Shown here: in pieces, positions 1 through 11,087 of the stretch | Position numbering within the stretch: position 1 is the stretch's first letter | Layout: each line of letters starts with the position of its first letter | Assembly (NCBI GenBank): GCA_010093745.1 | Contig: MU005961.1 | Coordinates: 310,001 to 374,000 of the forward strand | DNA from: Piedraia hortae CBS 480.64 | Lineage: Eukaryota | Direction of reading: 5' to 3' | DNA: 64,000 nucleotides | Notes under the pieces: model-generated | The model's input: the letters and a program-made list of their open reading frames with translations, nothing else | Databases searched by the model: none | Told to the model about the DNA's origin: nothing | Translations under genes and position numbers: made by a program

Positions 1-1016
1 GGGCTTCGGCCGCCCTAACGGTGCGCTGTGCGCTCTGTGCAGACAGCATTGCCTGGTGCTGGAGGAACGCTGCAACCTTTGTCGACACCGACGACAGCTG
101 CGGCGACGCGTACTTGAGCGACAGCGCCTGCGACGGCTGGTTCAGGATGTTGGAAAGGTTGAGCGCCACCTGTGCGTCGTAGCCCACTGTCCAGTCGGAA
201 GAATACGGCTGTGGCCGGCCCAGAATGCACTGTGCCAGTGTCAAGGCCGAGGAAGCCATGACCGACGGCCGCACGGGAATAAACTCCTTGTGGTACAGCG
301 CCAATTCCGTCAGGTACGACGCCATATGCTCCAGCTCAGAATCGGGCTTTGGCAGCTGCAGGAAAGTCGTTGTCGTCGGATGACCGATGATCCAGTCGAG
401 CGTTTGCAGTACATGCCATTCCATCTGCGTGAACATATCTTCCTCGTAAAGGGAACAGCACATTGACCGAAGCTCGCGAACCAGTGGCACCCGTTCTTTG
501 CGGTCACCGTACTTAGCGGCAATGAGCAAAGTTGCACAACCAACCAGTTGGTAGTGTCGTTTGTACACCACTCGCCGTGAGCAATACCGATCCAGCAGGT
601 TGATGGCAAGATGGAGCGTCTCTGGAAGCAATTGGAAGGCGTGATGGGCCTCAATCAGAAAATCAAGCAGATATGGCCTCATGTACCATTGGATCTCTGT
701 CTGAATCTCAATCGACTGAATGTCAGGCATCGTGAGAGACTGTACCGTGTAAGCAACCAGCGTTTGAGCTTGAAATTTACCAACCCACCTCCATATGCAG
801 TAAATGGGAAAAGACGTCTCCCTGATACTCTGCAGCCGTGAGGTGAGACAGTTCTCTCGCCAAGATTCTCTGATGTCCCTTGGCCAGGCTGCGATGATGT
901 TCGCGCTCTGCAGCCGCACGGGCATAGATGCCATCCTCGTCTCCGTAATCTTCAACAAAGTACGTATCGCAGTAGCCGTATGCCGGACACACGTTCGCTG
1001 TTTGCGGATATCCCAT
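1..1016 (-). CDS. G1/S cyclin (CLN1/CCN1/Puc1 type), 3' end runs off the window; exons 789-1016 and <1-739
   Basis: Splicing a 49-nt GT..AG intron (740-788) joins MGYPQ..LHME to SLTMPDIQSIEIQTEIQWYMRPYLLDFLIEAH..ETLHLAINLLDRYCSRRVVYKRHYQLVGCATLLIAAKY, the fungal G1 cyclin box. Confidence 0.93.
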
Positions 1017-3190
1017 TGCCTCGATAATATACTAATGATGCGGGAACAAAAAAACCCAAAAACAAAAAATCAGGTCGCCGATGTAATGATAGTATTAGTT
1101 GGAAATGGTCGAAGGAATGAATGCAGCAATGAAATGGCGAGAGGTTGTATGATATGGTCCTCGGGAGCTGTAGAGGCAAAGATTAGCATCGTAGAGCCCA
1201 ATAGCAGCGGAGCAAGGCAAGTAAAGTATAATGCTGCTCACATACCTTATATTGGGACCTTTAGATTGGCTACGGCCAGTGCAGCATACAAGACAGCTCC
1301 TTGCAAGCCACAGCTGGAATCGTGATTGGCCCACGAAATGTCACCCGCCAGTCGTTACAGAGCACGAGCTAACGCCTCCGCAGTTGCGACAAAGCTTTCT
1401 GGTGAAGGGGGATTGGACGTTGGTTGCTGGGGAATGCCGTCAGTCTGGCCCCTTGAAGAATTCAAAACTCGGCAAGGGACGGAGAGACCAAGCTCGACCG
1501 TCAAAGATTGCACTCACCTTGGCAACGTGGTGCCAAGCAAGGCTGCAATATTGAGACTGGCACCTGCGTGTTGGGGCTGCGGGCTGCATTGCAACTGTTA
1601 GCAACAGACCTCGAAGCTGAACCACATATTTCTTGCCACTTAGCTGCCCGGAACTGAGAGCGGAGGGGTTCTCTAGAGTGTAGATTGGCTCAGGGGGGTA
1701 ATTTGGTGTGGAATTTGGTGTGGGTATGGACTGTCGACTGCGAGGAATGCGGCTGCAGCAGAAGCCTCGGATCTGCTGCGAGTGCACTTGACGGATATCC
1801 AAAACATATATGAGGTGCCAGAGTAGGATCACTTCATGTCCAGTATTCGATCCAGCTGCCGAATGGTATTCATGGCGTAGTCACACCGCGGATGAAGAGT
1901 TTTCCCAGAGCACCGCCCCAGCTTTTACGCAGACTCGAGGATGATTGCCCTCCTCTTGTGCAACAGCGTAATGGCTCGTTCTTACCTTTTTTTTTTGATG
2001 TGGCACCGCCGTAGCTGTCGAGTGACTCTACGATCAACGAAGAGGAGAGGTCGACGGAGAGGAACACCCTTGAGGAGGGGTAAAAGGGGGCGGAGGAGAC
2101 GTCGGAGAAGGAGCGACAAGGAAGCAAAATTGCACAGATTGGGGAACAAACTGGCAGGTCAAGCACCTCGTCTTCAATACTCCATGACGGTTGAGGACAG
2201 GAGGAGGGAGTGAGAAGGGGTTAGACACGAGAGACAAGTACCAAGCGGAGACAAGCCCGGGCAAGCTTCGGAGGACGAAGGCCGGTTCCGCTTCTGAAAC
2301 GAACCCCTGACCCTGCGCGGTTGGATATGATCCGGTCATTCTGCTGTGTCCTTGAGCGGCAAGAAAAGCATTCGAGGGCGGGGCGGGGCGGGTAGCGGAG
2401 GGATCCCTGCAGGCTAACGCAGGCGATGCGAGGACGTGGCTTACATGGGGCAGAAAGGCTGGGCAACAAGAGCCGCCACTCAATGGTGCAATCGAAACTG
2501 ATGGCGACGGCCAAACAAGAGAGCCAGGACGCCTCTCGGATGCGTTGACGCCTCTCTGCTACCCACGGCCCCCAAAAACCGTCTGCGACGCACAGAGACC
2601 AACTGCCGCGGTGCGAAGCCAAGTATAACATAAGCTTCACCGACGCTCATTTGCCAGCCAGCAATAAGCAGATGGTAGCCTGTCCCTGCCGGCTGGGACG
2701 CTATCCCGATCTAATTGATGGAAACACCGAACAGGGGTTATGGAAGGAGGGGAAGATGGGTCCACAATTAGCTGTTTGCTTGCTCGGTGCGCGGCAGATG
2801 GCATGTCATCTGTCTCGACGAGTCAGCAGCAGCTAGGCGTTAGTCACGACAGGTGCGGCGTGGTCGAAGCGTGATGTCTTTCACGTGCGGACGCCCCTTG
2901 CTCTTGGCCGTTGGCAATGTAATTCCGCTCATCACATCGAGCATCGAACGCCAACGCTGGGCGCCAACTCAACTCAACCGCCAACCCCAATGAGTGGCGT
3001 TAAAGCCTTGTGCCAAGAGTGGCACGGTGTCGGCTGATAAATTGCCTGCATGCAACGCACCCGCTTGTTCCACTATAAGACGCGACGCGTTCGTTTCGTG
3101 CCAACGGCGCTCGTCTCTACGATTGGCACGTTGACTAGCCAAATGACAAACCTTAGCTTCCGCCCCGCCAGGCATACCACTATTACAGCG

Positions 3191-4012
3191 TTAGGTTACT
3201 AAATACGATCGCTTCAGCCAGGCCACCGGCCCTGTGCCAGCAAGTCTGTCCTGTTTGCTGAGCTGCTCCAGTGCCATGCCCCCTTGGAGCATCTCGCAGC
3301 TGGCCAAGTTCAGCCGCCACGTCTTCCCCCGCTGCCCCATGCGTAAGTGTGCGACCCCCTCGCGATAGAAAAGTCGGCGTACATGGCCCACAATTTGCGG
3401 CACTGCGTTGCCCGTTGAGCTCGGCCGGGCTGTCACGTTCACTTCATCCGTTGCCGCCGCCGTCGCCTTATCCAACGTCAATGACGTGTAGTCTATTTGA
3501 TTTCCAGCCACCCTACCGTCTATAAACGTGTCATGCGGCTGCGTCTCCCATGTTCGCACGCGCGAGAACGGCGTTGCCTGAGTGCGAATCAGCAGCAGCG
3601 GTTCCTTCTTTCCCTTGGCTGGAGCCCGAGCCGTGATGGACCGGACTACGGCACAAGGCCCAAGTATCATGGCAGTGCCCATTGCCCCCAGAAAGACCGT
3701 CGTCGCCCCTGCTGTCAGGCTTGTCAAGTGCTTTGTCCATCCTTCCGATTCCTTTGTAATGTTGCTGAGTAGGAAGGCCCAGTTCGCCGCTCCAAGCAAT
3801 AACATTGACCCTCCTACTATCGCGAAAGCTGCGTATCCTCGGTTGCTGGCCGCACGATAGATTAGCACTTCCGGCCCACATTGAAATAGCCTCTCCGTCG
3901 GTGCAGAAGGGGCTCGATATAGCTTAGACGGCGGCGGTGGTGCATTGACTGGCTTGCTTGGTATTCGGCGCCAGGGACTCGGATGAAAGAGTCGTCGGCA
4001 TAGTAGGTTCAT
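3191..4012 (-). CDS. Hypothetical two-TM protein with a mitochondrial-type basic N-terminus (possibly TMEM223-like)
   Basis: 273-aa ATG ORF with an Arg-rich presequence-like start and two hydrophobic segments; divergent from PDX1. Family assignment is tentative. Confidence 0.65.
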   Translation of the reverse strand: MNLLCRRLFHPSPWRRIPSKPVNAPPPPSKLYRAPSAPTERLFQCGPEVLIYRAASNRGYAAFAIVGGSMLLLGAANWAFLLSNITKESEGWTKHLTSLTAGATTVFLGAMGTAMILGPCAVVRSITARAPAKGKKEPLLLIRTQATPFSRVRTWETQPHDTFIDGRVAGNQIDYTSLTLDKATAAATDEVNVTARPSSTGNAVPQIVGHVRRLFYREGVAHLRMGQRGKTWRLNLASCEMLQGGMALEQLSKQDRLAGTGPVAWLKRSYLVT

Positions 4013-4254
4013 CTGGAATAGGATGGTCGTCAGTGGCCTACTTTAAATCCCATGATCTGCACGCGGTTGATTGGCTGGTTAATCGACACGTCACGTGAGC
4101 TGTATAACGACTTCGGTGCAACAACGACTTGCGTGTATTGAGAAGAGCCAGGATCTGAGCTACTTCAAGCTTGTGGCCCATTGAAACAGTAACTTAACAA
4201 CGCGACTCAGCATTGCCTATTTCCTGTCTTCTATGTTTATTTAACGTCACGACA

Positions 4255-5572
4255 ATGGCGACTTTGAGATGTGCGAGGCTCACGGCCCATCGGGTTGCTT
4301 GTCCCTTCAAACGTCATGGTTTACGTCGGGGTATGTAAGATTTAACATGAAGGCTATGCGACACTGACAGGCGTAGCATTTGGTTCCTCTGGTCGTGATG
4401 ACGGAGCTCATAATCTTCCAATGCCCGCGCTCTCCCCGACTATGACCGAAGGAAACATCTCCCGGTGGCAGGTCAAGGAAGGCGACTCATACTCTGCAGG
4501 GGATGTTCTGCTGGAGATTGAAACAGACAAGGCCACCATGGATGTGGAAGCGCAGGATGATGGCATTATAATGAAGGTGGTTAAGGGCGATGGCAGCAAG
4601 GGAGTCAAAGTCGGGCAGCGAATCGCTGTCTTCGCAGATCCCGGAGATGATGTCAGCCAGCTCGAGATCCCGCCTGATGATTCTGCGCAGGCCTCAAAGC
4701 CGACCAAAGATGCTGAGCCCAAGAAGGCCAGGTCTGAACCTTCGGCGAAGCCCGAGTCCAAGGCAGAGGGCATTTCAAAGCCTACTACCCAATCAAAGGA
4801 TAAGCCAGCTCCGGGCTCCTATCGCCGACCTCTGTACCCATCAGTGGAGCATCTACTTAATGTAAATGGCCTCTCCGAAGCAGATGCTGAGGGAATGAAA
4901 GCCACTGGCCCTGGCGGACGTCTTCTAAAAGGTGATGTACTGGCTCATATTGGGAAAATAGAACAGTCCAAACCTACCGAATCCGCAATCAGGCTCGAGA
5001 AGCTAAGCCATCTCGATCTGTCCAACATCAAAAGGGCACCGCCTAAACAAACAAAGCCTGCTGAATCAAAGCTCCCAGAATCAAAACAGGAACCACCCAA
5101 GATTATGAACTTTGCTATCCCCATATCATTTACTGCAGTGGCTCAAACTCAGAAACGTGTCAAGGATACTTTGGGCATAACACTGCCGTTGTCCGTTTTT
5201 GTAGCCCGAGCCACAGAGCTTGCAAATGAGGATCTTCCACGAAGCAGACATTCGCCGCCAACTGCTGATGAGCTTTTTGATTCCGTCATAGGATTGGACA
5301 AGCTCCCAAAGCCCACACAAGGTCATTTCATGCCCGTCGTCACTGCTCCCATCCCAGCCTCCAAAGCTCCACCTGGAAAAAAGGTTGACATTATCGACAT
5401 CCTCACTTCCGCGCCCAAACAGCAGCATAAGCCACAACCGGCCCTCGTTACCAGTCCGGACGAGAACGTGTTCAGTGTTTCGGCACCGGCAGCGGACAAG
5501 CACAGTGCAAGGGTATTTCTAGAAAGGCTGAAACTCACGCTTGAGCAGGAGCCTGGCAGGCTGATCATTTGA
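4255..5572 (+). CDS. PDX1: Pyruvate dehydrogenase complex protein X (E3-binding protein); intron 4331-4376
   Basis: Lipoyl domain MPALSPTMTEGNI..ETDKATMDVE and E3-binding motif ATGPGGRLLKGDVL. The presequence exon from ATG 4255 splices in frame (GTATGT..CTGAC..TAG). Confidence 0.92.
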
Positions 5573-5674
5573 AGGAGCAAGTTGTAGCTGTAGGTATTTA
5601 GTCAACGGCAAGCGAATGTGTGTAACATCCAGCAATGCACTTTGCGCTTGCTCAAGTTTCCCGCTTGCGTTCCG

Positions 5675-6226
5675 TTACACATATCGGGTCCCGATATACG
5701 TGCCGCCCATGCACATATATCTGCACACGCACGACCATTTTGTGACACCAAACACGGTAGTAACTCAGCAAGAGCGAAGATGAACTCCTCAACAAGGAGA
5801 GCAGAGAAGAAGACCGGCCATCGCCTTGTGGAAGTCTCTCTCCTTACAGGAGAACCCCGGCAGTTCGCGCAAAAGCTATATATGCTATCCGTTCTATTTT
5901 CATCGCGCAGATATCTCGGAATCCAGGACCGCCTTTGCCAGGTCATCATTCACCATTCCGCCAATTTGTATGAGAATCTTCTCCAGGAGAGCAGATCAAA
6001 CTGTATTGGCATATTAAGACGATCATGCTTTGCAATTGGGTTCCCAAACACTCTATTCATCTTTATGCTACAGCCGAAACACCGATGTTCGCCACCAGGG
6101 CCATATAACTTCAAGGAAGTAAAGGCTGGGCTTGATTGTTGCAGATTCAGAATAGATGAATGTACAATCAGCCATCTTCATTCGCTACTACATATAGAAG
6201 AGCTCGGCAAAAGAAGTGGATGGCAT
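5675..6226 (-). pseudogene. Possible decayed gene (weak BTB/POZ-like resemblance) with many in-frame stops
   Basis: One frame reads MPSTSFAELFYM**RMKMADCTFIY..WPWWRTSVF..LLRELPGF..LLCSPC..CVC with more than 10 stops, several TAG. Similarity judged by eye only. Confidence 0.25.
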
Positions 6227-6321
6227 GCGGCTTGTTAGTCAGCATGGCCCACAATTAATACCTGCGGCCCGAACCGAGCCGCTGAAATTCAAAAGAACAC
6301 GCCATCAAATTTTCCATGGTC

Positions 6322-6327
6322 AAAAAA
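6322..6327 (-). terminator. Pol III oligo-T terminator of tRNA-Phe
   Basis: TTTTTT on the minus strand immediately after the tRNA discriminator base. Confidence 0.8.
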
Positions 6328-6328
6328 T

Positions 6329-6438
6329 TGCAGCCTCTGAGGATCGAACTCAGTACCTCCAGATAACATGACTAATCCTCAGTCATTCGAACCGAAGTGG
6401 ACTTCAGTCTGGCGCTCTCCCAAGTGAGCTAAGGCTGC
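6329..6438 (-). tRNA. tRNA-Phe(GAA) with a 37-nt intron (6365-6401)
   Basis: Minus strand GCAGCCT-TAGCTCACTTGGGAGAGC-GCCAGA-CTGAAG-[intron]-ATCTGG-AGGTA-CTGAG-TTCGATC-CTCAG-AGGCTGC-A. All stems pair and the mature length is 73 nt. Confidence 0.96.
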
Positions 6439-7271
6439 TTCAGTTGTAAACAATTATGTAACGTTTCTTATTAAATTACCGAATGTCTAGGACATAATGT
6501 GTAGGACCTTGAGGTTCGAATGAATTGCCATTGAATCAACTATATTGACAATGGCTCGCTTGCGATATCTACTTAAGATTCGAATACAACTCGCATGGCT
6601 CTGGCGGTAAGATTGTCTGCGTGGAGTCAGCCGCTTACCCTGCACACGCTATCTGCAACATCGCAACCCCAAAGTGTTTCAAGAGCAGACGTCACATAAA
6701 AGTACAAGCATTGGGAATATTGGCCTTTCATGGCCGGTGATGATTTCAAGAGCGAGCCTGCACAATGGCGAAAGCCATGGGTTGTTAATGCAAGAGTTAG
6801 TCTGCTCACAGCCAAGTAACCAACAGCATCGGGTCTCTTGTGCTCCTGTTCTCAATCAAATAATGCTTTTTGGTCGTGGGCTGTCAATATCTTTGTCTTC
6901 AGCTGTGGACTCAACAATTGATCTCAGCACGAGGCTTTGTTGCGGAAACTTGACCTTCGTAGAGAGCCTGCAAGGCAAATGTATTACAGCCACAACAATC
7001 TATCCAAGCCGGAGATTATCGACTCAATGATATAAGTCATATCAAGCGTCCATGACTTGCAGAAGACAAGAGTATTGTACATTGCAACGCCTGTGACGCA
7101 ATGTCTTCGAGCAGCAGCAATACCTACAGAGGATACAATTGTATATGTCTGATTTGATCCATTATTCACATCCTGGTGTCATTGGCAGGTCTTATAAAGT
7201 TTCCTATTGTGAAAGGTTCTCCCCACATCATCATCAAAACAACACGACAAGCCAACATTTCAGCAACGAGC

Positions 7272-8861
7272 ATGGTTCCCTCCTGCGAATTCGATTCAAA
7301 CGATTCATCTCGTATTGACTCATACCACTCGGCTTCTGAAGAGATCACTCCTGTGGAGGCAACCAACATTCTGGATACTCGCGACCAAGGAGATGCTGGC
7401 ATCTCTCGCTTGTCTGCTGTGTTGTCAGCTGGAGAATGTGCCCGATTGTCCAGACGTGTAAAGCTCCCGGAAGGGGGATTTGCTGATTCAGCCAGGAACG
7501 GAAGGATCTTTAAGGTCGGCATGGAAGAAAGCCGCGTGCTCTCCTTTCTTAAAGATGCCAACACTCATCATAACCCCGAGAAAAATGCCGAGGGAAGTCG
7601 CCTGCTCTCATTACTCAAAGACGCTGACACCAATGGTAACTCCGAAGAGTATACTGAGGATCATGGATCTCACTTGCCAGTGGACTCCCATGTAACACAA
7701 AGCAAAGATCTGGACTCAACGCTTCCGAAACAAGCATCATGCCTGGGGCTTCAATCAGACAGCGACAATCAGGACAATCATGAGTGGGCAAGAGTGCTTT
7801 ACAGCTATGACCCTTCTCCGCAAATCCCGGAGGAAGTCTCGCTTTTCAAGGGTGAGATTCTCTTGGTACTCAAAAAGGCAAAGTTCTGGTGGGAAGTAGC
7901 TAAAGAGGGTGGAGAAACAGGCCTGGCTCCAAGGAGTCACCTGGTTCTTCTGGAAAATTCATGCACTAATTCTAGCTCATCCCAGCTATTCAGTACTTAT
8001 CAAGGCTTCGATGGCGGCTTATTTCGTGCTACAAGTCGGTTCTCAATGAGGAGCATCCAGAGTCCTCGGTTGGCTTTGGTGATCCAGGCTTATCAAGCAC
8101 AGGACGATGGCGAAGTGAGCCTCCACAAAGGCCGATTTATCCAAGTGAACGACTTTTCAGGATTTTGGTGGACCGTGACCGCAAGCAGCGGCAAGACAGG
8201 TGTCGTTCCCAGCAGCCACCTGAAGCTTCTCCCTCGTGCAGGCCCAAATGCTAAGGCCAGCATTGTTCCAAATCAACCAGAGCAGGTGAAGATGCCCCGT
8301 CTGGCCCAAGTCATTCGAGGCTACACCTCAGACGAGCCCCACGAAGTTTCTGTCGGCCCAAACGAATTCATTTACGTGAATGATATGACTGGCACATGGT
8401 GGCATGCAACCAAAGGTAACAACGAAACAGGTCTTGTGGAAAGCCATCGCCTTGACTTCCCCAGGGTCTGCTCGTCCAACAGAGCTATCACACCAGGACA
8501 GCGCACTAAACATCCGCGCCGGGCCCAGGCTGGCTTGGACTACAGAGCGGAAGCTAAGCACCAAGTCCCGCTCCGCAGACACGAAATTTTTGATGTGATC
8601 GATACAGACGGGTCTTGGTCTTACGTGGTGAAGCAAAGCGGTCAGGCTGGTTTCGTCCCAACCACTCATGTCAATTTTATCGAACCACTTTTACCGGCGA
8701 CTCCGGAAGCTTCAATGGAGGATTTGCTCGTGCCTGGGGCAGAATGTGAAAACGAAAAAAAGATGGAAGAAATACAACCATCGCGTGCAGGGAAGTGTCG
8801 TTCACTATTGTCTCTACTGCGATCGAAAAAACTGACTGCAAACAGGTGGACACATCGCTGA
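7272..8861 (+). CDS. Soluble protein with four tandem Sho1-like SH3 domains
   Basis: Four repeats of A-x-V..Y..EVS..(K/H)GE..W(W/S)..GxTGxxP at about 7788-7952, 8064-8231, 8295-8460 and 8514-8681. No TM segments or introns. First ATG at 7272 in an ORF open from 7176. Confidence 0.85.
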   Translation: MVPSCEFDSNDSSRIDSYHSASEEITPVEATNILDTRDQGDAGISRLSAVLSAGECARLSRRVKLPEGGFADSARNGRIFKVGMEESRVLSFLKDANTHHNPEKNAEGSRLLSLLKDADTNGNSEEYTEDHGSHLPVDSHVTQSKDLDSTLPKQASCLGLQSDSDNQDNHEWARVLYSYDPSPQIPEEVSLFKGEILLVLKKAKFWWEVAKEGGETGLAPRSHLVLLENSCTNSSSSQLFSTYQGFDGGLFRATSRFSMRSIQSPRLALVIQAYQAQDDGEVSLHKGRFIQVNDFSGFWWTVTASSGKTGVVPSSHLKLLPRAGPNAKASIVPNQPEQVKMPRLAQVIRGYTSDEPHEVSVGPNEFIYVNDMTGTWWHATKGNNETGLVESHRLDFPRVCSSNRAITPGQRTKHPRRAQAGLDYRAEAKHQVPLRRHEIFDVIDTDGSWSYVVKQSGQAGFVPTTHVNFIEPLLPATPEASMEDLLVPGAECENEKKMEEIQPSRAGKCRSLLSLLRSKKLTANRWTHR

Positions 8862-9383
8862 CAGTCATCGTGAAGGGTGGTTTGTAGGTTATTATGGGAC
8901 TATGGGTATGAAATGGTGAGTATGCGTGCAGCGTTAGGTCTGTCACCAGCGGGTAAGTACGCTGAAAAGTTTGAGTTGTGCTACAAAGGTTGGTCCACCT
9001 TAAAAAGTTAGGTTCACATTAGTCTCTTCTCTGTACTTTCAGTTTGCTGTGCTTATAACCGACCCTAGGGCTGTCCGCTATGCAGTTAAAATTCAAAGTT
9101 GGAGGTGGTACCGTTTTGAAGGTGAATATATCGAAAATCATACCATTTCTTTGTTTCGAAGGTCCTGTTAGACTCATGGATAGACATTGCGATTACTTGG
9201 CAAGCCCCACCAGCGCCGGGATACCATGGATCTTGTCAGAACTTAACTGCTCAAGCAAGGTGCCGCCTTTGAATGTCACGGCAAAGAGGCCCACAAGTGA
9301 GGCTGCGATTGAAGCCCGACCCTTTCCCTCAACGGATTTAGGTCAAGTTCCATTTTCAGGCAGCATCATGAATTCGGGCATCC

Positions 9384-11087
9384 ATGAGGTGGCCCCAAAT
9401 AGTACTAGCACAAGCCACCTATAAATACGAGCCAATCAGAGCTCAGGATTTGCGCGCAACGCGAAGCACGCGCCTTCCATTCACGTCGCAAGTACCTCAA
9501 GGTTTCTACATTTTGACTGAGTCACCGTTTTATTCAAGGGTGATGGACACCTCCTACGATAACCTGCGTTCGCCTGAATTCGATGAATGGTCGGATTTCG
9601 AGAATGAACAGATTCAAACTTTCAGGTTTCTGCACAAACAACTACGGCAGCATTTGGGAATATCTGATGAGAAGGCCGCAAAGATACCCAGTGGAGTGTC
9701 TGCAGGTATGGCAGAGGAGTGCACGCGGGCGTCGCGATTCAATCTTCTCAGCACAGCAGACTTAGCAAAGTTTGAAAAAACCGCCCTCATAAAGCCAGTT
9801 CAAACACTTTATGCCAAACTTTGCGAAATTTACGACATGAGGAGGAATTATTCAATGGACTCTATCGTTGGTTTCGAACTCCATAACCATCCAAGTAAAC
9901 TGATGGTGGAGGACTTTGAAAAAAGCTCTAAGAAAGTCGATCTACAGTGTGTACATTCGACAGGCTTCGGCAGGTTTGGTAAGAGGCTGCTATTCTTTCT
10001 GGAATACGCCCCGGCGTACGAGCGCCCAGTAGCGAGTATTCGTAATGCACTTTCCAAACTGGCATCGAACAGCATGTCTGAGCTTGACCCAATCGAAAGG
10101 AAAGTTAAACAATCGTTGCATTATCTTTACCACCGCATGGTGGATGAACGGGTCGCATACTCGTGTATATCTACTGGAGAGGCATATCTCTTTCTTAAAG
10201 TAGACGAAGATCCGGCGAACCATCTGCTTTTTCACCTCTGTGTGCCCGCCGAGGACGCTGTGTCAGATACGCTATCTTTGCCGTCAATTATCACCCCCAT
10301 ATCCAGAATGTTATGCTTGACCTTGATTGCTACCAAAACGCCCTTGCGACCGTTGGAATGGCGTTGCCTTGCTCGATCTCTGGTCACTGATGACACAAAT
10401 TTGCCTGAAGATTACGAACCAAGCAGACCCGCTACAAAGGCCGATTTTGTGTATGGCAAGTCTCCTACGCCTGCTTTTTGTAGTATGATATGCCTGTTGA
10501 ATCTGAAGAGAGGGTTTGGCCTGGACGAGAGATGTCCCAATTATCGCCAGCACCTCAAACACTCAACAGATAACAAGCATCCAGCAGGAATTGACGGGGT
10601 TGTTGAACAGCTGTCGAAGACTATGACTTTTGAAGATTTCGGTCCCATCGTCGGAAGCGAGTGCGGGACCACAGGCACACCGTTTTGGATTCGCTGTCCC
10701 ACCTACGGATATGTTTTCATTGGCAAGGGAGCGTCAACATGGTCGTGGCCCGAGGTGTTGGACGAGAGAAAGTTTTACAACCACCTGAATGACGTACAAG
10801 GTACACTGGTTCCGGTCTTCGTGGGCACCATGTATCTGAACCCGGGGCAGCGGTACTTTTTACACGGTGTTGGCGAGATCAGTAGGTTCCTTCTCCTTGC
10901 CTGGGGTGGCAGAGAGCTCACAAGAGAAGAATGGTACGGTTCGAAAAGAAAAAAAGTCAAGTATGCTACTCAAATTATGGAGGCGTATGGAATTGAACAC
11001 AACAGTCTGAAGTGCTCCAATGCGCTTTGGAACGATGAGTTGAAGAAAGTCCTGTTGATTGACTTTCACAGATCAGAAATGCGATAG
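9384..11087 (+). CDS. Spok (spore killer)-family protein: PD-(D/E)xK nuclease-like domain, Cys/His cluster and kinase-like domain, catalytically degenerate
   Basis: Motifs WSDFENEQ, VGFELHNHP, VDLQCV..LEYAP, ISTGEAYLFLKVD..LFHLCVP, C-x3-C-x13-C-x5-H-x8-H (10479-10580), YGYVFIGKG, VQGTLVPVFVG, LLLAWGG and HNSLKCSNALW..VLLIDFHRS occur in the order known for SPOK proteins. Confidence 0.82.
   Translation: MRWPQIVLAQATYKYEPIRAQDLRATRSTRLPFTSQVPQGFYILTESPFYSRVMDTSYDNLRSPEFDEWSDFENEQIQTFRFLHKQLRQHLGISDEKAAKIPSGVSAGMAEECTRASRFNLLSTADLAKFEKTALIKPVQTLYAKLCEIYDMRRNYSMDSIVGFELHNHPSKLMVEDFEKSSKKVDLQCVHSTGFGRFGKRLLFFLEYAPAYERPVASIRNALSKLASNSMSELDPIERKVKQSLHYLYHRMVDERVAYSCISTGEAYLFLKVDEDPANHLLFHLCVPAEDAVSDTLSLPSIITPISRMLCLTLIATKTPLRPLEWRCLARSLVTDDTNLPEDYEPSRPATKADFVYGKSPTPAFCSMICLLNLKRGFGLDERCPNYRQHLKHSTDNKHPAGIDGVVEQLSKTMTFEDFGPIVGSECGTTGTPFWIRCPTYGYVFIGKGASTWSWPEVLDERKFYNHLNDVQGTLVPVFVGTMYLNPGQRYFLHGVGEISRFLLLAWGGRELTREEWYGSKRKKVKYATQIMEAYGIEHNSLKCSNALWNDELKKVLLIDFHRSEMR

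Noticed and set aside
56..1325. Plus-strand ORFs 56-466, 611-841 and 804-1325
   Set aside because: Antisense shadows of the spliced G1 cyclin gene.
5618..6238. 206-aa plus-strand ORF
   Set aside because: GTG start, no motifs and atypical composition.
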